Positions 1-8,357 of a stretch of 64,000 nt of DNA are shown here, piece after piece. This DNA is from an uncultured delta proteobacterium (GTDB lineage Bacteria; Desulfobacterota; Binatia; UBA9968), in NCBI GenBank assembly GCA_963737905.1, contig CAVTUQ010000007.1, forward strand, positions 224,001-288,000, written 5' to 3'. The number at the start of each line of letters is the position of its first letter. Position 1 is the stretch's first letter. The translations under genes and the position numbers were made by a program. The notes beneath the pieces were generated by a model, which worked only from the letters and a program-made list of their open reading frames with translations, was not told the DNA's origin and did not search any database.

Positions 1-21
1 GGCGCGGACCGGCCTGGAGTC

Positions 22-1568
22 ATGAGGAGTTTTGCTGTGGTCCGGCTGGCTTGTGTTGATTTACCCGCCTTTCCGCTTCAGCTTCTGCTCCGGCGCCATC
101 CCGAGTGGGCGTCTCAACCGGCGGCCGTGGTGGCCGAAGACAAGCCGCAAGGATTGATTCTCTGGGTCAACGAAAAGGCCAGGCAACATGGTGTGCTGCC
201 CGGGCTGCGCTACGCTGCGGCCTTGTCTCTCGCGACGGAACTTCGTGCCGGTGCAGTTGCGTCGACTGAAATCCAAAAGGGCCATCAAAGAGCTAACCTA
301 TCGGTTCATGTATTTCAGCCCAGAAGTGGAGCCTTCCTCTGAAGAGCCTGGAGTCTTCTGGCTCAATGGTATGGGTTTGAAGCTTCTTTATCCCTCTTCC
401 GAGAAATGGGCTCAAGCGCTTCATGCCGATATCGCAGCGCAGAAATTTCATGTGAGTGTAGTCGCAGGCTTCACGCGCTTCGGTACTTATGCGGTCGCCA
501 AAATAAAAAAGGGGATAACGGTTTTCAACGATCCTGCCGAAGAGCGGCAGGCTGCGCAACGAAGTTCCATTGCATCGTTTGGATCTCGATCCGGATTTTC
601 GCGACACGCTTTTTAAGCTCGGCATCAGAACTGTCGGCGCCTTGCTTTCACTGCCGCCGGTGGGGTTGCGCGAGCGTTTCGGACCGAAGGCTTATCGTCT
701 CCACCGCATGGCTGCCGGCGATCTCTGGACGCCGCTGGATCCATGCAAGCCCGAAGAGCCGGTCAAGCAACACCGCATACTCGACGATCCGGAAGACGAC
801 ACCACCCGGCTGCTCTTCCTCATCAAGCAGTTGCTCCACCCGATGCTGGCAACTCTTGCCGCGCGCGCTCAGGCGCTGGCGGCGTTGTGGCTATCTTTTC
901 TGATCGATAGAAACGGCTGGCTGAAGGAGCAGATCCGTCCAGCGGTGCCCACCTTGGATTCAAACCAGATACTCGATCTGGTTTGGCTGCGCCTGGAGGC
1001 CATGCAGTTTTCTGCCGGCATCACTGAGATCGCGCTTGAGGCAGAAGCATGCGCGGCCACAACCGAACAACTGCGCCTTTTCAGCGAGGGGCCGGCGCGC
1101 GATCTCGATGCCGCCAATCGAGCTCTGGCTCGCTTGCGTGCGGAATTTGGCGACGGTGCTGTTGTGCAGGCGAAGTTAAGAGATGGACACCTTCCCGAAG
1201 CCCGCTTCGCCTGGGAACCTCTCAATCGCGTCAAGCTTCCCCGAAACGACTTGACCGATTTGAACGAATTGAACGACTTGAACGATTTGAACGGGCCAGT
1301 TCCGAGACCGTTGGTGCGCCGGATCATGGCGAAGCCCATGCCTTTGCCCGGCGGGCCGCGCCATACCCATGAGGACGGCTGGCTTATCCTCGGACATAAA
1401 TATGGCAGCGTCGATAAGCTCTCCGGGCCCTACGTTTTCTCCGGCGGCTGGTGGAACAGAGAAATCCAGCGCGACTACTACTTCGCCGAAACCCGCCGCG
1501 GCGCCATCGCCTGGGTTTATTACGATCGGGTGCGGCGAAGATGGTTTTTGCAGGGATTAATTGAATAA
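22..1568 (+). CDS. imuB: ImuB-like Y-family DNA polymerase accessory protein, split by two frameshifts (ORFs 22-342, 188-616, 570-1568)
   Basis: N-term 'LACVDLPAFPLQ...VNEKARQHGVLPGLRYAAALSL'; HhH 'LFKLGIRTVGALLSLP'; C-term 'SGGWW...RDYYFAE...WVYYD...WFLQG' typical of ImuB. Confidence 0.85.
1245..1294 (+). repeat. 9-bp tandem repeat (AACGAYTTG)x~5.5, in frame inside imuB
   Basis: aacgacttg accgatttg aacgaattg aacgacttg aacgatttg aacgg, encoding NDLTDLNELNDLNDLNG. Confidence 0.9.
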
Positions 1569-1571
1569 CGC

Positions 1572-1603
1572 GGTTCAAAGGTTCAACGTTCAAAAAGTTC
1601 AAG
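1572..1603 (+). repeat. GTTCAA tandem cluster upstream of four-helix-bundle gene
   Basis: ggttcaaag gttcaac gttcaaaaa gttcaag. Confidence 0.8.
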
Positions 1604-1640
1604 CCCAGATGAAGATTAAACAGATCGTAGGAGGGCAGCA

Positions 1641-2030
1641 ATGGCTGGTGAAAAACTTTGAAGATCTGGAAATGTATGGAAGCAAGCCCGGCAACTAACT
1701 CAAGAAATTTATCGTTTAACGAAAACGAAAAATTTCAAAGGATTTCGCTCTGCGGGATCAAATCCGACGGGCAACAATCTCAATCATGTCAAATATCGCA
1801 GAAGGATTTGAACGAGGAGGAAACCAAGAATTCATTCAGTTTCTTTATGTCGCGAAGGCATCGTGCGGGGAAGTAAGATCGCAACTTTACGTCACCCTTG
1901 ATCAGGAATATGCGACAGCGAATGAAAGCGAAAAGTGACTCCAACTTTTCAGGCGTTTATCTATCATGATCAGCAATCTGATTGCTTATTTGCGGGAGAG
2001 TGAGATGAAAGGCGAAAAATTCATCGTTCA
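1641..2030 (+). pseudogene. Four-helix-bundle protein (TIGR02436 / 23S-IVP / Avd-like family), disrupted
   Basis: AGGAGG RBS; pieces translate as KNFEDLE..WKQARQLTQEIY and [50 protein letters not shown]; frameshifts near the 5' end, in-frame TGA at 1936; end approximate. Confidence 0.85.
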
Positions 2031-2043
2031 AAGCCGGCCTTAC

Positions 2044-2070
2044 GTTGAACTGTTGAACCATTTGAACAAC
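2044..2070 (+). repeat. TTGAAC tandem cluster downstream of four-helix-bundle gene (inverse of 1572-1603)
   Basis: gttgaact gttgaacca tttgaacaac. Confidence 0.8.
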
Positions 2071-2085
2071 TATCTAAGGAGTAAC

Positions 2086-2367
2086 ATGATAGTCCATCCT
2101 GGCAGAATCCTACTGGAGGAATATTTAGCTCCGAGAGGAATCAGCGTCTGGCATCTGGCCAAAGACATCGGTGTTTCTGCGCGGCGCGTCTACGAGATCG
2201 TCCAGGCACAACGACCTATCACCACCGACATCGCCCACCGCCTCGCGCATTACTTCGGCATGTCGGAGCGGTACTGGCTCGATTTGCAGACGCGATATGA
2301 CGGGAAGGGAGAAGCAAAGTTGTCGCAAGAGATTAGCAGAAGACAATCGTTAAGGTACGCCGGATAA
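2086..2367 (+). CDS. higA: HigA-family addiction-module antitoxin (Xre HTH)
   Basis: '[18 protein letters not shown]...[16 protein letters not shown]...[28 protein letters not shown]'; AAGGAG RBS. Confidence 0.85.
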   Translation: MIVHPGRILLEEYLAPRGISVWHLAKDIGVSARRVYEIVQAQRPITTDIAHRLAHYFGMSERYWLDLQTRYDGKGEAKLSQEISRRQSLRYAG

Positions 2368-2383
2368 ACAAGGGAGGATCGTT

Positions 2384-3478
2384 ATGATAGACAGTGTTAA
2401 CACACCGAGGCCGACGACCCGTACGCTCGCGGTGATCGACGGCGGATTGAATGTCAACGCTCGCGTTCACCCGCTTCCATCCAGCGGGAAGCCGAAGCTC
2501 CTGGAGCAAGTCCGCCAGGCCATCCGAACCCGGCACTACAGCAACAAAACTGAGAAAGCCTATGTGCATTGGATCAAGCGATACATATTTTTCCACGATA
2601 AACGCCATCCACTGGAAATGGCGGAGTCCGAGATCGCCCAGTTTCTCTCCGGTCTGGCGACGGAGAGACGGGTCAGCGCATCCACGCAGAACCAGGCCTT
2701 TAACGCAATTTTATTTCTCTATAATGAAGTGCTGAGCAAAAAGATCGGACTGATTGACGGCGTTGTTCGCGCGAAGAGGCCGCTGAGGTTGCCGTTCGTG
2801 CTCACGAAAGAGGAAGTTAAGAAAGTGATCGATCGGATGAACGGTGTGCCACGTCTGATGGCGATTCTTCTCTACGGTGGTGGTTTGCGACTGATGGAAT
2901 GCTGTCGTCTCCGGGTCAAAGATATCGACTTTTCTCGCAACGAGATCGTCGTTCGGGCGGGCAAAGGTGACAAAGACCGTCACACAATGCTGCCGACAGC
3001 GATCAAGGAGTCTCTTTTCAGACATATTGAGGCGATTCGATGCCAGCATCAAGAAGATATCAAAAAGAGACTCGGTCGCGTCGCGTTGCCGAATGCTTTG
3101 GAGCGCAAATATCCTAACGCGGGTCGAGAATGGGCGTGGCAGTGGGTTTTCCCTGCTCCCCAACATTACACCGATCGGGTTACTGGCGAGAAGCGCCGGC
3201 ATCATCTTCACGAATTTGTGGTGCAGAGGGCGGTGAAAGAGGCTGTACAGAAAGCTGGGATATCCAAACCGGCGAGCCCGCACACGTTTCGCCATTCCTT
3301 TGCCACCCATCTACTTGAAGACGGATATGATATCCGGACGGTGCAGGAGCTATTGGGGCACAGGGATGTCAGTACTACGATGGTCTGTACCCACGTATTG
3401 AATCGAGGTGGACGAGGAGTACGTAGTCCTGCGGACAGTTTGGGTTCGGTACTCGGCGCCGAACTCAGAGGTTTCTGA
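2384..3478 (+). CDS. intI: Integron integrase (tyrosine recombinase), catalytic Tyr reads Cys
   Basis: '[13 protein letters not shown]', '[20 protein letters not shown]', IntI-specific patch '[20 protein letters not shown]...RRHHLHE', '[44 protein letters not shown]'. Confidence 0.95.
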   Translation: MIDSVNTPRPTTRTLAVIDGGLNVNARVHPLPSSGKPKLLEQVRQAIRTRHYSNKTEKAYVHWIKRYIFFHDKRHPLEMAESEIAQFLSGLATERRVSASTQNQAFNAILFLYNEVLSKKIGLIDGVVRAKRPLRLPFVLTKEEVKKVIDRMNGVPRLMAILLYGGGLRLMECCRLRVKDIDFSRNEIVVRAGKGDKDRHTMLPTAIKESLFRHIEAIRCQHQEDIKKRLGRVALPNALERKYPNAGREWAWQWVFPAPQHYTDRVTGEKRRHHLHEFVVQRAVKEAVQKAGISKPASPHTFRHSFATHLLEDGYDIRTVQELLGHRDVSTTMVCTHVLNRGGRGVRSPADSLGSVLGAELRGF

Positions 3479-3645
3479 ATATACAGAAGCAGCTTTCAGC
3501 TTTTGTCGGATTGGGTCATCACAGACGACTTTACAAATCATCGTCGCCATTGTAAAAGCAGCCCAAGTGACAGCGACCGCGCCCCGTAATATACAGAAGC
3601 AATGAAGTTCTATACGGAACTAGATAATCTTGGTTATCCGAATAG
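3478..3645 (+). promoter_or_regulatory. Putative attI region with direct repeats
   Basis: AATATACAGAAGCA at 3478-3491 and 3588-3601, related TATACGGAAC at ~3611, GTT core (ggttatcc) at ~3633 just before the first cassette ORF. Confidence 0.4.
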
Positions 3646-3648
3646 ACG

Positions 3649-3973
3649 ATGAAATTACCCGCTGCGGAACGTGCAGTTATTGCACCGGCCAAGATTCGGG
3701 ATTACCGTCTTTCGACATCGCATCCGGTCGGACGTTTTAAGGCTCCATTTTTCGCCAGCCTAGGTTACACAATTGCTAATTGGCCCCGCCTTGAAGAAGA
3801 TCTAGCGGTCTCGGGTGACGCGGAACTCGGAAAGCGTACTCGAGAAGTACGAAATTCGTGCTATTCTCAGAGGACCTTCAGGGAGGTCTGCGGGAGTGTT
3901 GACGGTCTGGATAATTTTGTTCGGCGGCGACGCGCCGCAATTCGTCACTGCTTTCCCGGGGGAAACGACATGA
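3649..3973 (+). CDS. DUF6883-like putative toxin (frameshifted), cassette 1
   Basis: 'MKLP.AERAVI..AKIRDY.LS.SHPVGRFKA.FF.SLGY', then second frame 'KYEIRAILRGPSGRS...TVWII....PQFVTAFP'; TGA overlaps next ATG (ATGA). Confidence 0.65.
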
Positions 3974-4193
3974 TGTACAAACTTCTCGATACCGTTGTGC
4001 TTGACCGAGACCTACCCGAGCATGGTCTTCGCAACGGAGATCTTGGGGCTGTCGTGGAGGTGTACGCGCCGATGGCTTGGAGGTGGAGTTCGTGACCGCA
4101 TCTGGCAAAACTCAATCTCTTGTCACCCTCAACGTCAAAGACGTGCGGCCCGTGCAAGACAGTGATCTCATTGCCGTCAGGTCCGTCGCCTAA
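3970..4193 (+). CDS. DUF4926 protein (frameshift ~4070)
   Basis: 'LLDTVVLDRDLPEHGLRNGDLGAVVEVY...GLEVEFVTASGKTQSLVTL...DVRPV'. Confidence 0.75.
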
Positions 4194-4223
4194 GCCGAGT
4201 CGCATTGATCCACCCGGATGATC

Positions 4224-4308
4224 GGATAACCCGCCGCTTGAGCCGACGATCAAGGTTCGTGATGGATAAATTCATTTCTGATAGCGGCTTAGCCGCATGA
4301 CGTTAGGT
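4224..4308 (+). other. attC site
   Basis: GGATAAC-ccgccgc-TTGAGCCG ... CGGCTTAG-ccgcatgac-GTTAGGT: R''/L''/L'/R' layout after a stop codon. Confidence 0.7.
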
Positions 4309-4340
4309 TCAACGACAGGTTGGTTTGACTCGAATTCTGT

Positions 4341-4361
4341 GGTATGAAGTATCGTCATACC
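4341..4361. promoter_or_regulatory. Palindromic operator upstream of RHH antitoxin
   Basis: GGTATGA-agtatcg-TCATACC, with TTGACT at 4325 upstream. Confidence 0.6.
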
Positions 4362-4373
4362 GCGAGGTGAGTC

Positions 4374-4616
4374 ATGGCGAGATCGAAAGTTGCAATTTCT
4401 TTAGATGAATCCACCCTCAACCGTCTCGATCAACTAGTTAAAAAACAAGTCTTTCCTAACCGCAGCCAGGCGATCGAGGAAGCTGTTGCGGAGAAACTCG
4501 CACGGTTGGAGAAAAGTCGTTTAGCCGAGGAGTGTGCGAAACTGGATCCAAAATTCGAGAAGGCGCTTGCGGAAGAGGGGCTTTCTGGGGATTTGGCCGA
4601 ATGGCCCGAATACTGA
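4374..4616 (+). CDS. CopG/ribbon-helix-helix antitoxin
   Basis: '[18 protein letters not shown]...[12 protein letters not shown]'; overlaps the mazF-like gene. Confidence 0.85.
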   Translation: MARSKVAISLDESTLNRLDQLVKKQVFPNRSQAIEEAVAEKLARLEKSRLAEECAKLDPKFEKALAEEGLSGDLAEWPEY

Positions 4617-4939
4617 GAGGGGAGATCCGGTGGGCCGACCTAAATCCTGTACGGGGGCGAGAACAAGCAGGACAGCGTCCCATTTTGATTTTGAGCCAGG
4701 ACGTTTTCAATGACCGCTCCGGAACGGTCATTGCCGTTGCGCTCACGAGTCAACCCCAACGTGCCGGCTTTCCTTTAACGCTTGAACTTCATGCAAGAGG
4801 GCTCCCGAAAAGATCGTGGGTGAAAATCAGCCAAATTCGAACGCTCGCCGTTGAACGCATAGACAAAGTGATTGGTCGCGCGTCTCCGGAGGAGCTGGCT
4901 CAGGTGGTCGAAGGATTGAACGAGATCATCGGAACCTAA
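4601..4939 (+). CDS. mazF: PemK/MazF-family endoribonuclease toxin
   Basis: '[31 protein letters not shown]...VIAVALTS...[11 protein letters not shown]'. Confidence 0.9.
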   Translation: MARILRGEIRWADLNPVRGREQAGQRPILILSQDVFNDRSGTVIAVALTSQPQRAGFPLTLELHARGLPKRSWVKISQIRTLAVERIDKVIGRASPEELAQVVEGLNEIIGT

Positions 4940-4986
4940 CCAACAAACGGCTTGAGCCGATTTCCGGCTCAGCCCTAGCGTTAGGG
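4934..4986 (+). other. attC site (short)
   Basis: (ACCT)AACCAAC-aaacggc-TTGAGCCG-attt-CCGGCTCAG-ccctagc-GTTAGGG. Confidence 0.75.
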
Positions 4987-5057
4987 TCAAAGGCGAGTGT
5001 TATTGGAAGGGTGATTTGAAGAGGGCTTTTTGATATATTCCACGGGCAGAGGCGTCG

Positions 5058-5276
5058 ATGACAAAGCGATTCCAAAAGGCCTTTGACGAGGCTTCGAAGC
5101 TTCCTGAAGGTGAGCAGGACGCACTGGGGCGCATCTTGCTGGATGAACTGGCGTCGGAGCGGCGCTGGGATTAGCTCTTTGGCGGATCACACGATTTACT
5201 CGCTGAACTCGCCGACGAGGCATTGGCAGAGCACCGTGCGGGGCGAACCGCGAAGCTTGATCCGGACAAATTGTGA
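5058..5276 (+). pseudogene. Small antitoxin with in-frame TAG at 5172
   Basis: MTKRFQKAFDEASKLPEGEQDALGRILLDELASERRWD*LFGGSHDLLAELADEALAEHRAGRTAKLDPDKL; stop overlaps toxin GTG; not in ORF track. Confidence 0.75.
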
Positions 5277-5553
5277 TCTCCCATACGACCGCGCAGTTCC
5301 GGAAAATGTTCGCCGAACTGCCCGTAGAGGTTCAACGTCAAGCCCGTCGAGCATATCGAGTCTTCACGCAGAATCCGAATCAACCCAGCCTTCGTTTCAA
5401 GCCGGTTCATCTTACACGGCAATTTATTCTGTTCGGATCGGTCCTGGTTATCGAGCAGTGGGAATCTTGGAAAACGACGAAATCGTCTGGTACTGGATCG
5501 GCTCGCATGCGGACTATGATAAACTTCTTTCACAATCGCGGCGTAGACCCTGA
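5273..5553 (+). CDS. RelE/ParE-superfamily toxin (frameshift ~5420)
   Basis: 'SHTTAQFRKMFAELPVEVQRQARRAYRVF..NP..PSLRFKPV' + 'IYSVRIGPGYRAVG....IVWYWIGSHADYDKLL'. Confidence 0.8.
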
Positions 5554-5606
5554 CCCCTGGGTTGAGAAGGACGCCGAAGACGCGCCTCTCACCCGAAGCC
5601 TTAGAT
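5548..5606 (+). other. Degenerate attC site
   Basis: CCCTGAC-ccctgg-GTTGAGAAGGACGC..GCGCCTCTCACCCG-aagc-CTTAGAT; both core triplets mutated (AAC to GAC, GTT to CTT). Confidence 0.6.
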
Positions 5607-5622
5607 GCATTGGGATGGACTC

Positions 5623-5949
5623 ATGGCTGTAATCGCGAAATTCATCTATGAAGTAAATCCGGGTCGCATGAGTGACTTCATGGCGAAGCTCGCGCAAGCA
5701 GCCGCGCCAAAGTTCAACAGTGCGGTCATGCCCAAATCATTCCGGCTCTTTAGAAGCTCCGTGCCCGGTCCGGACACAGGCAATGTGATCATGCTTATCG
5801 AGTACGAAGACATGGCTGCCTATGATGCTCGAACCGCATTTGAGAATTCCGACCCTGAATGGAAGCGCTTATTTGCGGCCGCACCGGATTCCCCGGAACG
5901 ATTGGTCTCCGTTGAGCTGCTTACGGAGTTCTTTCCAGATGCCATCTAA
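5623..5949 (+). CDS. Dimeric alpha/beta-barrel (NIPSNAP-like) hypothetical cassette protein
   Basis: 'FIYEVNPGRMSDFMAKL...NVIMLIEYEDMAAYDARTAFENSDPEWKRL'. Confidence 0.55.
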   Translation: MAVIAKFIYEVNPGRMSDFMAKLAQAAAPKFNSAVMPKSFRLFRSSVPGPDTGNVIMLIEYEDMAAYDARTAFENSDPEWKRLFAAAPDSPERLVSVELLTEFFPDAI

Positions 5950-5994
5950 AATCCGGCTGGTGCGGACGGACCAAAGGACGCGCTGCAGAATTGC

Positions 5995-6182
5995 TTCTTA
6001 CGGGAAAACTCATCATTGCCGAGGAGGCTGTACAGTTAGGACTCATAACCAAGGTTGTTGAAACTGAGGCTCTCATTTCTCAGACAGAAAATCTCATCCA
6101 TGAGATTTTGTCACAGGCGCCCATCGCCGTGAGAATGACGTGGGAAGGCCTTCATTGCGGCATGAATGTCACTCTGGAACTA
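5995..6182 (+). pseudogene. C-terminal fragment of enoyl-CoA hydratase/isomerase
   Basis: 'LLTGKLIIAEEAVQLGLITKVVETEAL...EILSQAPIAVRMTWE.LH.GMNVTLE' matches the crotonase C-terminus. Confidence 0.65.
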
Positions 6183-6187
6183 GGAGC

Positions 6188-6210
6188 ACCGGCTGAGCGT
6201 AGCGTTAGCG
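6188..6210 (+). other. Right half (L'/R') of attC
   Basis: accGGCTGAGcgtagcGTTAGCG, resembling the 3' ends of the attC sites at 4308 and 4986. Confidence 0.5.
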
Positions 6211-6245
6211 AGGCGGACGGAAGTCGACAGAAGGAGGGGACACGC

Positions 6246-6866
6246 ATGGGGCATTTGATAATCAGGGTCGTCATCGTTGTGTCGACGCTGGCGCTGGCCG
6301 GTTCGGCATGGGCTCAGCAGCCCATAGCTCCCGTCGATTTCAGGCCGTTTGTCGATGGTCGCAATTGGATTGTCAGGCAGCCGCTCACCTACAAGATCGG
6401 CGTTTCGAACGACAGCCTCACAGTTCCGCCCGGCTTCGTAACCGACTTCGCCAGTATTCCACCAGCGCTTCAATCGATCATTCAGCAGAACGGCCCATAT
6501 CTCCTACCGGCGGTCGTGCACGACTATCTGTATTGGAAGCAGACGTGCACGCGGGCTCAGTCCGATCAGATTCTGCTACTCGCGATGATCGAGAACAACG
6601 TTCGGGCCGTCCACCGCATTGCTATCTACGAAGCTGTGAAGGCAGCTGGCAGTTTCGCCTGGGACGAGAACGCCAGCGACCGGGCCAAGCGCTTGATTCG
6701 GATTATTCCACCCGAGCACCATAGCATCAATGCCAATACGCTTTGGCCTGATTACCGATTACAACTGCTTCAGCAGGGAGTCGTCGAGGGACCAGACACA
6801 CAAGTGCCTCCGGGGTTCTGTGCTCGCGGCGACATGTCCGTCGGTGACGCCCTCGGGAAGCCTTAA
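6246..6866 (+). CDS. Secreted DUF1353 family protein
   Basis: Signal peptide ending 'GSAWA'; 'TVPPGFVTDFASIP...AVVHDYLY...RAQSDQILLLAM'. Confidence 0.8.
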   Translation: MGHLIIRVVIVVSTLALAGSAWAQQPIAPVDFRPFVDGRNWIVRQPLTYKIGVSNDSLTVPPGFVTDFASIPPALQSIIQQNGPYLLPAVVHDYLYWKQTCTRAQSDQILLLAMIENNVRAVHRIAIYEAVKAAGSFAWDENASDRAKRLIRIIPPEHHSINANTLWPDYRLQLLQQGVVEGPDTQVPPGFCARGDMSVGDALGKP

Positions 6867-7248
6867 GTGCTACTACGGGCCGCGCTTGACGCGCGCGGTT
6901 AACCACCGGCTTGAGCACGCGAGCCTGGCCTAACCAATAAGGATTGAGACGACTTCAGAAGTCGTTTCAAATCGACTGTTCAAGAAGCCCGTCATTGGCG
7001 GCGGTTATTATTCAGGCTCAGCGATTTTTTCGGCTAACAGTTGAGACGTGGAGAGTGAATTTGTTCGCAATACGGGTGCGCTTCACTCCCATCCCTTGCG
7101 CAGCGGTTTAGTTCAGTAGTAGACGGTGGAGAGATAGGCGTAGTTGTGGCAGGTTTTGATGTGGGAAAGAAGGCTTCGGACTTCATCGCCGCTTAAGACT
7201 GGCGGGCAGGCATCGCTCAGTTCTCAACGAACTGGACGAGGAGGGTAA

Positions 7249-8317
7249 ATGGCGCTGTATTACGGAATTTTGCGAGGACGGGTCGATATCTTCAAGCGTG
7301 AGGAGGATCTCAGCACGCCGCATCTTCAGATTCGCCTGGTCGATGGTCACAGCCAGGCGTGGCGTGTGCCGGTCAATGTCTTATCCGGAGACCAGTCGCG
7401 GGTGATCTTTCACCGGGCGGACCCGCTGCAGAACCACCCTATTCTGGCGGCACTGCCACAAGTCACGGCCGGGTTCACACTACTCCCGCCAGCCGCGCGC
7501 TCCGCTTCCTCTGCGTTGGACTATTTTCGGGCCCCCTTGTTCGACTGGCCGACTGGCGTGGCTATTCCTCCGACCGGCCCGGGCGCGACCGACGATCTGC
7601 AAGATGTATTGGTCGCTTATCTGAAGCAACTGCGAGATCAGGACGGTGAACTTTTCGTCTTCGGAGCCAAATTCCCGGAGCCCGGCCAACAACCTAACCC
7701 GCGGCCGATCGACCACGAGTTTCACACTGTCCAAGGGGTCCATGATGTACACATGAACCAGGGCAATCCGAAGCCCGGTTCCTTCGCCGATGATAACGGC
7801 GTGTTCCAGGACGGCGGGTTGGTTCTGAGATTCGGATCCCGAGACGTCGGACTCTTTCTCAGGTTTGAGACGCAGTGGCTGCCAACCGACAACGCTACCG
7901 GGCACCGCTTGCCGGGGGCCCAGCCGATCCCTGCAGGGGGTTCGCCTGCTCCAGGCGGTGGCGGCTGGGCCGACACCCGTAACCCATCCGATCGTGTATA
8001 TCGAACGAGCCCTCGTCAATCCCCAGGGAGACGATCCCGGCAAAGAAGTTGTCGTGATCGGAAACACGACCACAGCGCCAGTAGATCTGACCGGCTGGAG
8101 CATCACGGACAGAAATAACAATATCGAAACCTTGCATGGCGTGCTGTTACCGGGCGGGGAGTCCCGCGCGGTGTTCTTGTCGGGGAATACGGTTCAACTC
8201 AGCAACAAGGGCGGAACGATCACATTGAAAAATCCTGCGGGCGAGCAGGTCCATGCGGTCAGTTACTCGAAAGAGGACGCGGGACAAGAAAACCGCTACA
8301 TTCGGTTCAACACCTGA
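7249..8317 (+). CDS. YukJ/DUF2278 protein fused to lamin-tail domain (frameshift ~7965)
   Basis: 'YGILRG...PHLQI...GVHDVHMNQGN....DNGVFQDGGL' + 'VYIERALVNPQGDDPGKEVVVIGN...VDLTGWSITD...LSNKGGTITL'. Confidence 0.8.
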
Positions 8318-8357
8318 GCCGGAGACGCCACGACATTGGCAAAATCAGATCTATGAT

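Noticed and set aside
1572-1603. GTTC repeats as LexA boxes
   Set aside because: Spacings (3-5 nt) do not fit GTTC-N7-GTTC or GAAC-N4-GTTC, and the same motif family occurs near non-SOS genes
1641-2030. Diversity-generating retroelement (Avd-like gene)
   Set aside because: No reverse transcriptase or TR/VR pair seen in the window
1966-2367. 133-aa ORF as a novel extended HigA fusion
   Set aside because: The first 40 aa are the tail of the broken four-helix-bundle gene plus translated repeat; HigA has its own RBS and ATG at 2086
3649-4095. Single 148-aa ORF
   Set aside because: Frameshift artefact joining parts of two separate genes
5991-6866. 291-aa crotonase-DUF1353 fusion protein
   Set aside because: Chance in-frame join across an attC remnant; DUF1353 has its own RBS, ATG (6246) and signal peptide
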